Assembly (NCBI GenBank): GCA_963814375.1
Contig: CAWFCQ010000008.1
Coordinates: 32,001-96,000 of the forward strand
DNA length: 64,000 nucleotides
Source: an uncultured Chloroflexia bacterium
GTDB lineage: Bacteria; Chloroflexota; Limnocylindria; QHBO01
Direction of reading: 5' to 3'
Both the position numbers and the translations under genes were made by a program. Positions 8,956 to 19,058 of the stretch are shown in pieces (the stretch's first letter is position 1; the number at the start of each line of letters is the position of its first letter). The notes below the pieces were generated by a model. The model worked only from the letters and a program-made list of their open reading frames with translations. It was not told the origin of the DNA and ran no database searches.

Positions 8956-9762
8956 ATGGATGACCTGCTGCCGATCGGCCGCTTCGCGCGGCTGGCCGGG
9001 CTGAGCATCGGCGCCCTGCGGCACTACCACGAGCTCGGGCTGCTCGAGCCGGCGCGCGTCGATCCCGACACGTCGTACCGCTCGTACGCCCGCGCTCAGC
9101 TCGACGATGCGCGCCTCATCGCTCGACTGCGGGAGCTCGACCTGGCTCTGCCCGAAATCCGGGCCATCCTCGGCGCGAATGCCTCCGATCGCCGGCGGCT
9201 GCTTGGCGCGCATCGGTCCCGGCTGATGGCGCTCCAGGCGCGCGTCAATCGACAGATTCACTGGCTCAACCGGGCCATCGACCACGAGGAGCCGATCATG
9301 ACCGCTTCGACACCCGCGACCCTCGACGCCGTCGACCGACGCCAGCTGGCGGTCGACCTCTTCAACCACGTCTGGACGCTGCTCGAGAAGACCGATCGCA
9401 CGCCGATGCAGGACGACGAGATGCTCCACGCCGCGCATGCCTCGCGTTACCACTGGGGCGAGGTGGGGGAGCCAGTCAACTTCGCACGCGGCGAGTGGCA
9501 GTGCTCGCGCGTCTACGCGGTCCTCGGTCGCTCGGAGCCGGCCTTGTGGCATGCACGCCGCTGCCTTGCGATCTGCGAGGAGCACGGCATCGGCGACTTC
9601 GATATCGCCTTCGCGTGGGAGGCGATCGCGCGGGGGTCGGCCGTTGCGGGCGACCGCGCCGCGGCGGATGTGGCCCTCGCCCGGGCCCGAGAGCTCGCCG
9701 ACGGCATCGCCGAGGACGAGGACCGCGAGCTCCTCGACAGCGACCTGGGGACGATCGGTTGA
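8956..9762 (+). CDS. MerR family transcriptional regulator with uncharacterised helical C-terminal domain
   Basis: LPIGRFARLAGLSIGALRHYHELGLLEPARVDPDTSYRSY. Confidence 0.9.
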   Translation: MDDLLPIGRFARLAGLSIGALRHYHELGLLEPARVDPDTSYRSYARAQLDDARLIARLRELDLALPEIRAILGANASDRRRLLGAHRSRLMALQARVNRQIHWLNRAIDHEEPIMTASTPATLDAVDRRQLAVDLFNHVWTLLEKTDRTPMQDDEMLHAAHASRYHWGEVGEPVNFARGEWQCSRVYAVLGRSEPALWHARRCLAICEEHGIGDFDIAFAWEAIARGSAVAGDRAAADVALARARELADGIAEDEDRELLDSDLGTIG

Positions 9763-9806
9763 GCCGCGTGGACGCGGAGACGCCATCGGCCTAGGCTGGC
9801 GCGACG

Positions 9807-11840
9807 ATGAGCACGATCCGCTACTCGAGATGGGATGGCAGCCAGCAGCTGCCGGCGTTCGATGCGGACGACGTGCTCGACGCGCTCTCGGACGACATCC
9901 TGGCGGAGGGAGACGTGCGGCGAGCGCTGCAGCGGCTCATGCAGCGAGGGCTGCGCGGCACGCGCGGCGGTGACGTTCCGGGGCTGCGCCGGATCATGGA
10001 GCGGCTGCGCGCTCGGCGGCAGCAGGAGCTGGACCGATCCAACCTCGAGGGCGTGCTCGGCGACCTCAACCAGCGAATGGACGAGATCCTGGACCAGGAG
10101 CGTGCCGGGATCGAGCGGCGCACGAAGGAGGCCGAGCAGCGAGCGCTCGACGCGCCGCCCGGCGAGGAGCAGGATGCCGCCCGCATGGCGGAGCAGGTCT
10201 TGCGGCGGACGGCTCGGCAGCGCGAGAACCGGCTGGATGCGCTGCCGCCGAACCTCGCCGGCCGCCTCAACGGCCTGCGCGACTACGAGTTCATGGACGA
10301 CGCCGCGCGCGATGCCTTCAACGAGCTCACCGACGAGCTGCGCCAGCAGATGCTCCAGACCTACTTCCAGGGGCTCAAGGAGGGTGTCGAGCGCATCACG
10401 CCGGAGGATCTCGACGGTGTCCGCGAGATGGTCCGCGACCTCAACGCGCTCCTCGAGAAGCACGCGACCGGCGCGGATACGACCGACGAGTTCGGGGCCT
10501 TCATGGCGAAGCACGGCCACTACTTCCCGCCGGGGCTGACGAGCACCGATGAGCTGATCGAGCACCTCCACCGGCAGGCGTCCCAGATGGCGAGCCTCCT
10601 CAACAGCATGAGCCCCCAGATGCGCGACGAGCTGCGCGACCTGATGGACGACCTGCTGCGCGACGACCGGCTGCGGATCGACATGGCGCGGCTGGCAGGC
10701 AACCTCCAGGCGGCGCGCCCGGAGCTTCCCTTCGGCGATCCCTACCCCTTCGAGGGTGATGAGCCGCTCGGCCTGGCCGATGCGATGGCCGCCATCGACC
10801 GCCAGCAGCAGTACGACGCGATGGAGGAGGCGCTGGGGGCAGCGCGCGATCCCGACGCCCTGGAGCGCGTCGATCCCGAGTCGCTGCGGGACCTCGCCGG
10901 CGATGACGCCATCGACGACCTGGATCAGCTCAAGGAGCTGACCCGCACCCTGGAGGACGCGGGATACCTCGACCGGGAGGGCGGGCACCTCGAGCTGACA
11001 CCGCGGGCCGCCCGCAAGCTCGGGATGCGCGCCCTGACCGACATCTTCAGCCGCCTGCGTCGTGAAGGCTTCGGCGGCCACGCCCTGCCGACGCCGGGGC
11101 GTGGAGGGGAGCCGACCGATGAGACGAAGCGCTACGAGTTCGGCGACGCCTTCTCGGTCGACATCAACCGCACGCTGTTCAACGCCATGGCGCGCGGCGG
11201 GCCGGGCACGCCCGTGGCAATCAGACCGGAGGACTTCGAGGTGTCGCGCACGGAGGAGACGACCGTCTCGTCGACCGTCCTGCTGCTCGACATGAGCCGA
11301 TCGATGCTGCTGCGCGGGTGCTCATCGGCCGCCAAGCGGGTGGCAATGGCGCTCCACACGCTCATCCACACGAAGTACCCGCGCGATCGGCTGTATGTCG
11401 TCGGCTTCGCGTACTACGCGCGGCAGCTGAAGCCGGAGTCGATCCCGACCCTCTCGCCGTACGAGTTCGAGTACGGCACGAACCTCCAGCACGCGCTGAT
11501 CATCGCTCGTCAGCTGCTCGGCCGATCCACCGGCGGCAACAAGGAGATCGTCGTCATCACCGATGGCGAGCCGACCGCCCACATCGAGAGCGGCCAGGTC
11601 GAGTTCGCCTACCCGCCGACCCTGCGCACGGTGCAGTCGACCCTGCGCGAGGTGGGCCGATGCACCCGCGAGGGCATCGTCATCAACACGTTCATGCTCG
11701 AGCGGTCGCGCTACCTCTCCGAGTTCGTGGACCTCATGTCGCGCATCAACCGCGGGCGCGCCTTCTACGTCGAGCCCGAGCACCTGGGCGAGTACGTGCT
11801 GGTCGACTACGTCAGCAAGAAGACGAAGCGCGTCGCTTAG
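9807..11840 (+). CDS. VWA domain-containing protein (coiled-coil N-terminus)
   Basis: RYSRWDGSQ start, MIDAS LLDMSRSM, TNLQHAL, ITDGEPTAH. Confidence 0.9.
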   Translation: MSTIRYSRWDGSQQLPAFDADDVLDALSDDILAEGDVRRALQRLMQRGLRGTRGGDVPGLRRIMERLRARRQQELDRSNLEGVLGDLNQRMDEILDQERAGIERRTKEAEQRALDAPPGEEQDAARMAEQVLRRTARQRENRLDALPPNLAGRLNGLRDYEFMDDAARDAFNELTDELRQQMLQTYFQGLKEGVERITPEDLDGVREMVRDLNALLEKHATGADTTDEFGAFMAKHGHYFPPGLTSTDELIEHLHRQASQMASLLNSMSPQMRDELRDLMDDLLRDDRLRIDMARLAGNLQAARPELPFGDPYPFEGDEPLGLADAMAAIDRQQQYDAMEEALGAARDPDALERVDPESLRDLAGDDAIDDLDQLKELTRTLEDAGYLDREGGHLELTPRAARKLGMRALTDIFSRLRREGFGGHALPTPGRGGEPTDETKRYEFGDAFSVDINRTLFNAMARGGPGTPVAIRPEDFEVSRTEETTVSSTVLLLDMSRSMLLRGCSSAAKRVAMALHTLIHTKYPRDRLYVVGFAYYARQLKPESIPTLSPYEFEYGTNLQHALIIARQLLGRSTGGNKEIVVITDGEPTAHIESGQVEFAYPPTLRTVQSTLREVGRCTREGIVINTFMLERSRYLSEFVDLMSRINRGRAFYVEPEHLGEYVLVDYVSKKTKRVA

Positions 11841-12339
11841 CCCGCCGGGCCCCCAGGCGCGAGATCAGCAGCGGGATCACGGCGCTGAACGTCCCGATGA
11901 TCGCGCCCACGACGATCGAGATGAGAATCCAGCTGACGTATGCGCCGATGACCGCGCCGAGGTCGACATGGCCGACCAGCAGCTCGGCCGCGATGAGGAG
12001 CGCGACGTTCACCTCCATCGCCACGATGCCGGCCCACATGCACGTCCACCACACACGCCCCGAGTCGTCCTGCCGAATCGTCATGAAGCTGACGCGCGAC
12101 TCATCCGCTTCTCGATCTCGGGAGCTCCTCAGCAGTCGGTCACCGGCCAGAATCGCCGCCGCGACGACGGCGAGGTACTGGAGCACAAGCGCAATCGGGG
12201 CTAGCTCGATCCGGCCCTGGCTCGTCACCGTCCAGGTGGCCGCGCTCACTCCCCAGGTGACGACCAGCCCGAGGAGATAGAGCGTGAGGTGCGGATGCGC
12301 ACCGCTCGTCGCTGTGGTCCGGGCGATCACGCCGCTCAT
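11812..12339 (-). CDS. hypothetical membrane protein (about 4 TM)
   Basis: Four hydrophobic segments; start uncertain; 3' end overlaps the VWA gene by 29 nt. Confidence 0.65.
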   Translation of the reverse strand: MSGVIARTTATSGAHPHLTLYLLGLVVTWGVSAATWTVTSQGRIELAPIALVLQYLAVVAAAILAGDRLLRSSRDREADESRVSFMTIRQDDSGRVWWTCMWAGIVAMEVNVALLIAAELLVGHVDLGAVIGAYVSWILISIVVGAIIGTFSAVIPLLISRLGARRAKRRASSSC

Positions 12340-12386
12340 GACTCGGATCCTCGAGCGACTGTGCATCGCGCTGCCACGCGGACAGA

Positions 12387-12514
12387 TTCACATGGGGTGG
12401 GCGCTATGTCGACGAACGTCGCACCAACGGCACAGATCGGCATCAGATGCACATGCCACGTGAATTTGAACGTCTCATGGCTCGTTTCTCGGCGTTACGC
12501 CCGTGCCATGTGAA
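12387..12514. repeat. three degenerate TTCACATG-n-CATGTGAA-type palindromes (12387, 12448, 12498)
   Basis: TTCACATGGGGTGGGCG, TGCACATGCCACGTGAA, CGCCCGTGCCATGTGAA; spacing 61 and 50 nt. Confidence 0.45.
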
Positions 12515-12556
12515 TTCGACTCGCTTCGAACGGCGCAATGTTGATCCGGGACGGGT

Positions 12557-12781
12557 CTACGTGCCGCGGCGCTCGTTGCCGCGCTTGAAGTTCCCGGTCG
12601 CGCGGGCCATGAGCTGCTGCGCTGCGGCGGGGTCCACGCCATCGATCCGGTCCGCGAAGCGCAACGCCGCCTTTCCGCGCAGGAGCGTCACGGGCGCCGC
12701 GTGGTAGCGGATCACGATGGATCCATCGGCGCGCGAGAGGAAGCTGAACGGCTCGCTGGCGAGCGGGTCGGGGGCGACCAT
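12557..12781 (-). CDS. small hypothetical protein (74 aa, MARATGNFKRGNER C-terminus)
   Basis: 3' part of ORF 12557..15499; TATCGT 8 nt before ATG 12781. Confidence 0.75.
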   Translation of the reverse strand: MVAPDPLASEPFSFLSRADGSIVIRYHAAPVTLLRGKAALRFADRIDGVDPAAAQQLMARATGNFKRGNERRGT

Positions 12782-12834
12782 GGGCGACCACGATACCGCG
12801 CCCGACAAGGCGCTCCGGCTGCCAGAATCGGGCC

Positions 12835-13750
12835 ATGTCACGACCGCTGAAGGTGGGGATCCAGCTGCCCGAGGTCGAGCGCCCCGTCGGGTGGAGCGAG
12901 CTGCGCGAGATGGCAACGACCGCGGAGCGCATCGGCCTCGACTCGATCTGGGTCGGCGACCATCTCCTCTACCGCGACGACGGCCGGCCCGCCGCGCGGC
13001 CCGTGGGAGGTCTGGTCCATCCTGGCCGCGCTCGCCGCTGTCACGGAGCGGGTCGAGCTCGGTCCGCTGGTCGCGTCCACCAGCTTCCACAACCCCGCGA
13101 TGCTGGCGAAGAAGGCCGCGACCGTCGACGAGATCAGCAACGGCCGGCTCATCCTCGGCCTCGGTGCCGGCTGGAATCGCACGGAGTACGACGCCTACGG
13201 CTTCGCGTACGACCATCGGATCAGCCGATTCGAGGAGGCGTTCACGATCATCCGCGAGCTCCTGGCCACCGGCCGCTGCGACTTCGACGGCGCCTACTAC
13301 CGCCTCACCGACTGCGAGCTTCTGCCGCGCGGCCCACGGGCTGGTGGGCCGCCGCTCATGGTCGGGTCGACCGGCGAGCGAATGCTCGGCATCACGCTGC
13401 CGCACGTGGCCGCCTGGAACGCGTGGTTCGCCTCCTTCGGCAACGACGTGGACCGGTACCGCGTGCTTCACGAACGGATCGATGCCGCGTGCCGGGCGGT
13501 CGGGCGCGACCCGGGCGAGGTCGAGCGGACCGTGGCACTCCTCGTCGCCTTCCCCGACGCGGTCGGCCGCCAGTGGGGCTACGGCGACGACGGCCCGGTC
13601 GAGCCGATTCCAAGCGACCCGGCGATCCTGTCGGCGCGTCTTCGCGAGTTCGCCGATGCCGGGGTCGCGCACGTCCAGCTCGTGCTCGACCCGATCACGA
13701 CGGACAGCGTCGCCACGCTCGGCCCGACCCTCGCGGCCCTGGACGGCTGA
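12835..13750 (+). pseudogene. LLM class flavin-dependent oxidoreductase, +1 frameshift near 12991-12994 (possibly an assembly error)
   Basis: AERIGLDSIWVGDHL then, in the shifted frame, PWEVWSILAALAAVTERVELGPLV...NPAMLAKKAATVDEISNGRLILGLGAGW. Confidence 0.88.
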
Positions 13751-13763
13751 TACCATCCGGGCC

Positions 13764-14174
13764 ATGCAGCCCAGCCCCGAAACCGATGATTCGTCGAGCC
13801 TGCCGGTCGGGCGCGCCGGGCGCCTCGAGGCAGCCGGGCTGAGCGCGGCGGGCGACCACGCGGTCCTCGTCCGCGAGACCGAAGGCGGCCGGGCGCGAGC
13901 GCTGTTGACGACCGACAAGCTGCCGGCCGGCGAACGGCTGGTGGTCATGCCCTTCGACGATGAGGTCGACATTCGTGTCGACGGCGATGCCCTCGCCGTC
14001 TGGCTCGGCGCCGGCTCGACGATCGAGCTGCCTCGCGAGCAGCGGCCGCTCCCCGAAGCCGGCGTCCCCTTCTGGGCAACCGTGGTGGGCGGGGCCCTTC
14101 TGCTGCTCGTGCTCGCCTTCGCCGTCATCGGCTCGATGGTGGTCTGGTCGTACGTGCTGGCCCTGCTGACGTGA
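13764..14174 (+). CDS. hypothetical protein with C-terminal TM helix
   Basis: 3' part of ORF 12717..14174; TACCAT 7 nt before the ATG; GTGA overlap with the next gene. Confidence 0.7.
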   Translation: MQPSPETDDSSSLPVGRAGRLEAAGLSAAGDHAVLVRETEGGRARALLTTDKLPAGERLVVMPFDDEVDIRVDGDALAVWLGAGSTIELPREQRPLPEAGVPFWATVVGGALLLLVLAFAVIGSMVVWSYVLALLT

Positions 14175-14473
14175 GCGAGACGCAGGTCCGCCCGCCCGAG
14201 GCCGGACTGGCGGCGATGCGCATCGGCCTCGAGTTCGGTGCGCCCGACGCATTCGCCGACCTCTTCGAGCGCGCGCTGGCACGTGGTGGCGAGCAGGGGG
14301 CGAGCCTCGTCGCGCTCCTCGATCGCGGCGAGCTGGCCATTCACCTGCCACGCATCGACGGGCCGAGCTGGAACGCCGTCCCGCTCTTCCACCTTCACCG
14401 CGGCGAGACGCCCACCGCGGAGGACTGGGCAACGACGAGCGCCGTCCTCGAGAAGCTCGAGCGGTATCGCTAG
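14171..14473 (+). CDS. hypothetical protein (100 aa)
   Basis: Translationally coupled between its neighbours. Confidence 0.7.
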   Translation: MSETQVRPPEAGLAAMRIGLEFGAPDAFADLFERALARGGEQGASLVALLDRGELAIHLPRIDGPSWNAVPLFHLHRGETPTAEDWATTSAVLEKLERYR

Positions 14474-14476
14474 CCG

Positions 14477-15322
14477 ATGCGGATCTACCTCTCGGTTGAC
14501 ATGGAGGGCCTTGCCGGGGTCGCCCACGCTGCCCAGGTCTCCTTCGGCGGCGACACCGATCGCGCCGACTACGACCGCAGCCGCGGCCTCATGGCGGGGG
14601 AGGCGAACGCCGCGATCGGCGCGGCATTCGAGGCCGGCGCGACCGACGTGGTGGTCAACGACAGCCACTGGCAGATGCGCAACCTGCGCGCCGAGGACCT
14701 CGATCCGCGAGCGCGCCTCGTCATCGGCGACAAGCCGCTGAGCATGACCCAGGCGATCGGTGGCGACGCCGACGGGACCTTCGCGGCGGCGGCCTTCATC
14801 GGCTACCACGCCGGCGCCGGCAATCCGACCGGCGTGATCGCGCACACGTACTCGTCGGCGACCGTGCTCGAGCTGCGCGTCAACGGCGCGCCGCACAACG
14901 AGGCCGGCATCAACGCCATCCGTCTCGGCCACTTCGGCGTGCCGGTGGCGCTCGTCGCGGGCGACGACGCGCTGGCCGCGGAGGTCGAGACGCTGCTGCC
15001 CTGGGCGGAGCGGGTCGTCGTCAAGCGCGCGCTCGGCTACAGCGCCGCCGACTCGCTGCCACCGGATGCCGCGCGGGCCGCGATCGCAGAGGGGATGAAG
15101 AGGGCCATCGGTCGCATCGGCGAGATGAAGGCATACCGGCCCGCGTCGCCCCTGCGGGCCGAGGTCGACCTGCGCCTGCCGGTGATGGCCGATTACGCGG
15201 CGGTCCTGCCCGAGGTCGAGCGCATCGGCGGACGGACGGTCGCATTCGGTGCCGATGACGGCGACGCACTCTATCGGCGCTTCCTGGCCGTCACCCGGTT
15301 GGCCGCCACACCGGCCTCCTGA
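14477..15322 (+). CDS. dppA: M55 family D-aminopeptidase
   Basis: IYLSVDMEG, VVNDSH, FIGYHA, AHTYS, GVPVALVAGD. Confidence 0.92.
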   Translation: MRIYLSVDMEGLAGVAHAAQVSFGGDTDRADYDRSRGLMAGEANAAIGAAFEAGATDVVVNDSHWQMRNLRAEDLDPRARLVIGDKPLSMTQAIGGDADGTFAAAAFIGYHAGAGNPTGVIAHTYSSATVLELRVNGAPHNEAGINAIRLGHFGVPVALVAGDDALAAEVETLLPWAERVVVKRALGYSAADSLPPDAARAAIAEGMKRAIGRIGEMKAYRPASPLRAEVDLRLPVMADYAAVLPEVERIGGRTVAFGADDGDALYRRFLAVTRLAATPAS

Positions 15323-15332
15323 GGCCAGCGGC

Positions 15333-15833
15333 GTGGACGAGGAGGAGCGCACCCGGCTGCGTGGCCTGATGGGCCGCTTCGCCACCGGCGTGACCGTGGT
15401 CGCAGCACGACACGGGCCACTGCTGGCCGGCATGACCGCCAACGCCATCGCCACCATCAGCATCGACCCGCCCCTGATGATGGCCAGCATCGCGCGCAAG
15501 GCCGAGACTCACGGCGCAATCATCGGCTCGCATGCGTTCGCGGTCAGCGTCCTGGCCGATGACCAGCGCGCGCTGGCCGAGTGCTTCGCGCGGCCCACCA
15601 CGGCGCGCAAGCTGACCCGCTTCTGCGACGCCGCCTGGCACGAGGCCGAGACCGGGTCGCCGATCCTGGAGGGAGCGCTCGCCTATTTCGACTGCCGCCT
15701 CACCGAGCACCACGACGGTGGGGACCACGCCATCTTCCTCGGCGAGATCGTGTCCGCCAGCTACCGCGAGGACGCGGAGCCGCTCATCTGGTACGCGTCG
15801 GGCTATCGAGCCCTGGCAGGTCCCGGTCCTTGA
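15333..15833 (+). CDS. flavin reductase family protein
   Basis: MGRFATGVTVV, GMTANA..ISIDPPL, GGDHAIFLGEI; GTG start. Confidence 0.9.
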   Translation: MDEEERTRLRGLMGRFATGVTVVAARHGPLLAGMTANAIATISIDPPLMMASIARKAETHGAIIGSHAFAVSVLADDQRALAECFARPTTARKLTRFCDAAWHEAETGSPILEGALAYFDCRLTEHHDGGDHAIFLGEIVSASYREDAEPLIWYASGYRALAGPGP

Positions 15834-17394
15834 GGATCTGGCTCGCCGCGAGCCGTCCCGGCGCTCCGATCACGCAGCCTCCCGGGTGGGTGCCCGAGCC
15901 GCACTGGTAGTAGCCGGCGATGGGGGTGCGGTACTGCGACCAGCCCGGCGCCGGACGGAAGAAGAACATCTGGGGCGCCAGGAACTCGCCGGCGAAGATG
16001 TTTCCCTCCGAAAGGCCGACGGTACGCTCGATGTCGAGCGGCGTGACGATCTCGCGCTGGAGGACGAGATCCCCGAATCCGGGGAAGTGGCGCTCGAGCG
16101 TTGCCTGCACCCGGTCCGCCATCGGCTCGCGCTCGGCGTCCCAGTCACTCTCACGCAGCTCGTACGGGGTGTACTGCACGAAGCAGGAGAGGACGTGCTG
16201 GCCGGGCGGCGCCATGTCCGGGTCGATCGTCGACTGGATCGCGCAGTCGATGTAGGGATGCTCGCTGTACCAGCCGTACTTCGCGTCGTCGAAGGCATGC
16301 TCGAGGTAGTCGATCGACGGGCCGATGTTCATGAAGCCGCGGTACAGGTCCGGCCGCGCTCCGAGCTCCGGGTGCGACGGCAGCGCGTCCAGCGCGAAGT
16401 TCACCTTGGAGCTGACGCCCCGGAACTTGAGACGGCGGATGTCCTCGACCATGTCGTCGGGCAGCTCGCGGGGGTCGACCAGCTCCAGGAACGTGCGCCG
16501 CGGGTCCAGCGCGCTGACCACGAGATCAGCGGCGAACTCGGTCCCATCGGCCAGCGCCACGCCGGTCGCCTCGCCATCTCGGGTGAGGACGCGCTCGACG
16601 GGCGACTCGGTCCGGATCTCGGCGCCGAACGACGTGGCCGCGCGGGCAAGGACCTGCGTGAATCCGCCATTCCCGCCCTTGTGGAAGGCCCACGAGCCGA
16701 ACTCGCCGTCATGCTCACCCAGCGAGTGGAAGAGCAGCACGAGCCCCGAGCCCTGCGAGCGCGGTCCGACCTTCGAGCCGATGATCGACGACGAGGCGAG
16801 GTAGCCCTTGAGCAGCGGCGATTCGAAGTAGTCGTCGAGGAAGTCGGCGGCGCTGCCGGTGAGCAGCCGGACCGCGTTGTGCAGCGTCCGCTTGTCCAGG
16901 CCACGCAGCCGCGAGCCGAGCGCCGCCAGGCCGACCAGCTCCTCCGGGTCGTCGCTGAAGAGGTCGGGGGGCACCGTGTCGAGCAGCGGCTTGATCGCCT
17001 GGCAGACGCGCTCGAGATCATGGCTGTACTGCTCGTACCCGTCGGCGTCGTGGGGAGAGATGCGGGCGATCTCGCGCAGCGTCTCGTCGTGATCGCGGTT
17101 GAAGAGCAGGTACTCGCCGTCCTCGCCGGGCGCGAAACGGGTCGCCATGAGCAACGGCAGGAAGCCATGGCGGGTCAGCTCGAGCTCCTGGATGATCTGC
17201 GGCCGGAGCAGCGAGAGGGCGTAGCTGAAGGTCGTGAACCAGAAGCCGGGCCGAAGCTCCTCGGTGATGGCGGCGCCGCCGACCAGGTGCCGGCGCTCCA
17301 GGATCAGCGTCCTCAGCCCGGCCCTGGCCAGGTAGGCGCCGTTGACCAACCCGTTGTGGCCGCCGCCGACGACGATCGCGTCGTATCGGTCCAT
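15784..17394 (-). CDS. phytoene desaturase-like FAD-dependent oxidoreductase
   Basis: YDAIVVGGGHNGLV, ERRHLVGGAA, APPGQH, CGSGTHPGG. Confidence 0.9.
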   Translation of the reverse strand: MDRYDAIVVGGGHNGLVNGAYLARAGLRTLILERRHLVGGAAITEELRPGFWFTTFSYALSLLRPQIIQELELTRHGFLPLLMATRFAPGEDGEYLLFNRDHDETLREIARISPHDADGYEQYSHDLERVCQAIKPLLDTVPPDLFSDDPEELVGLAALGSRLRGLDKRTLHNAVRLLTGSAADFLDDYFESPLLKGYLASSSIIGSKVGPRSQGSGLVLLFHSLGEHDGEFGSWAFHKGGNGGFTQVLARAATSFGAEIRTESPVERVLTRDGEATGVALADGTEFAADLVVSALDPRRTFLELVDPRELPDDMVEDIRRLKFRGVSSKVNFALDALPSHPELGARPDLYRGFMNIGPSIDYLEHAFDDAKYGWYSEHPYIDCAIQSTIDPDMAPPGQHVLSCFVQYTPYELRESDWDAEREPMADRVQATLERHFPGFGDLVLQREIVTPLDIERTVGLSEGNIFAGEFLAPQMFFFRPAPGWSQYRTPIAGYYQCGSGTHPGGCVIGAPGRLAASQILKDRDLPGLDSPTRTR

Positions 17395-18593
17395 CAGGCG
17401 GTCTTGCGCTCGGGGTTGTAGAGGGGCAGCCGCGCGACGTGCGCCGCCACCTGCTGGTAGTGATGGTCCACGGTGAACTCCAGGAAGACGCGGGTGCCGG
17501 CCTTGCCGAGGTCGGGTCGCACGCGGGCCAGCGCGACGTGCTGCTGCAGCACCGGCGAGTACATGATGCTGGTCGCGTAGCCCACGCGTGTCCGATCTGC
17601 GTCGTAGACCATCCAATCCTCGTGAACCGGCCGGTGGTCCTTGGGCGGAATGAGGCCGGCGCCGCTGTAGACCCGGTCGTAGTCCTGCCAGTCGACGACC
17701 AATCCCACCATCCGCCAGCGTGACGCCTTCTCCGCGCGCTCGCGCTCCAGCGCCCGCCTCCCGATGAACGGCCGGCCGTCCTCCTCCATCCCCTTGAACA
17801 TCCACGCCCAGCCGAGCTCCAGCGGGGTGGACCGATGCGAGTCGTTGAAGGCGAAGCGGCTCGAGTCGAAGTCGGCGCCGAGGAGCAGCAGCCCGGCCTC
17901 GATGCGCAGCATGTACAGCGCGCCCATCCCGTAGGGCAGCATGCCGTGGCCATCGGCGGCATCCCAGACGGCGTCCCAGACGGTCACCGCATCCGGCGCG
18001 TCGACCCAGATCTCGTACCCGAGGTCGCCGGTGTAGCCCGTGCGGCTCACGGTGACGGTCCGCCCGCCGATGGTGCCGGTCGCGATCCCGAAGAACGGCA
18101 GCTCGGTCACGGCCGGCACCAGGCGAGCCAGCAGGTCGCGGGATCGCGGGCCCTGCACCGCCAGCGTCCCGATGTCCGTGCTGACCTCCTCGACCGTGAC
18201 CGCCAGCCGGCCGACCCGGTCGGCGAACCAGGCGAAGTTCGGCTCCGCCGCCGTCAGGAGGAACTCGTCGGCACCGCGGTGCTGGATGACCCCGTCCTCC
18301 AGGACGAAGCCGCGTTCGTCGAGCCAGGTCGTGTACTGGGCGTTCCAGGGCGGGCAGCGGCGAATGTCGCGCGCCAGCATGCCGGACAGGAACCGCTCGG
18401 CGTCGCGTCCCGCGATGCGGTACTTGTACAGCGGCGAGGTGTCGAAGATGCCAACGCTGTTGCGGACGGCGAAATACTCGAACTTGTCCGATGCCTGGTA
18501 ACGGGTCACGACCATGTGCCCGGACCAGTGCTGCCAGAGGCCGGTCTCGTTCAGCGCGCTGGTGCGCTCATGGAATGGCGTCGTACGGATCAT
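17394..18593 (-). CDS. GcvT-like aminomethyltransferase family protein
   Basis: TTPFH, AVRNSVGIFDTS, VQGPRSR, SRTGYTGDLGYEIW, LRIEAG; no GcvH/GcvP nearby. Confidence 0.9.
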   Translation of the reverse strand: MIRTTPFHERTSALNETGLWQHWSGHMVVTRYQASDKFEYFAVRNSVGIFDTSPLYKYRIAGRDAERFLSGMLARDIRRCPPWNAQYTTWLDERGFVLEDGVIQHRGADEFLLTAAEPNFAWFADRVGRLAVTVEEVSTDIGTLAVQGPRSRDLLARLVPAVTELPFFGIATGTIGGRTVTVSRTGYTGDLGYEIWVDAPDAVTVWDAVWDAADGHGMLPYGMGALYMLRIEAGLLLLGADFDSSRFAFNDSHRSTPLELGWAWMFKGMEEDGRPFIGRRALERERAEKASRWRMVGLVVDWQDYDRVYSGAGLIPPKDHRPVHEDWMVYDADRTRVGYATSIMYSPVLQQHVALARVRPDLGKAGTRVFLEFTVDHHYQQVAAHVARLPLYNPERKTA

Positions 18594-18662
18594 CGGTCGC
18601 GAGAATACTGGGACCGGCGGATCAGCGGCGCGCCTCCGACCGAAAGAGGCGTCAGCGTCAGC

Positions 18663-19040
18663 TCAGGTGGACTCGACCTGCGCCAGCTGCGCATCGACCG
18701 CCGCGACGAAATCGGTGAAGTCGAATGGCTTGCGCACGACAGGAGCGAGCGCCTCGAGCCGGTTCGCCTCCTCGTCGTCGATGGCGGTCACGAAGATGAC
18801 CGGGATGTCGCGATACTGCGGGCGCTCGCGAAGCGAGTGGAGGATCGTCGATCCGTACTCGTCGGGGAGGCGCTGGTCGAGGACGAGGAGGTCGGGAACC
18901 CTGCCCTCCTCGACGAGGGCGGTGTAGAGCTCCTCGGCGTCGCCGAAGCCGCGCACCTCGTGACCGAGCTCGGAGAGCACGGCGAGCATGGCGGTCCGGA
19001 TGTGATGCTCGTCGTCGACGACCCAGATCTGGTTGCTCAT
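18663..19040 (-). CDS. single-domain response regulator (receiver)
   Basis: VVDDE, LVLDQRLPD, FVTA, RKPF; GGAGG RBS. Confidence 0.88.
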   Translation of the reverse strand: MSNQIWVVDDEHHIRTAMLAVLSELGHEVRGFGDAEELYTALVEEGRVPDLLVLDQRLPDEYGSTILHSLRERPQYRDIPVIFVTAIDDEEANRLEALAPVVRKPFDFTDFVAAVDAQLAQVEST

Positions 19041-19058
19041 CCCGTGGCCTCCTTCGCC

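Noticed and set aside
9807-11840. VWA gene as part of the MoxR operon
   Set aside because: It lies 27 kb away and has a different architecture; its partner ATPase is not evident in this window
12985-13000. Programmed ribosomal frameshifting at the broken genes
   Set aside because: No slippery heptamers or shared signal, and these families are not known to be recoded; assembly error is more parsimonious
15784-18593. Carotenoid synthesis (crtI) or glycine cleavage (gcvT) assignment
   Set aside because: No crtB/crtE or gcvH/gcvP nearby; similarity is only at family level
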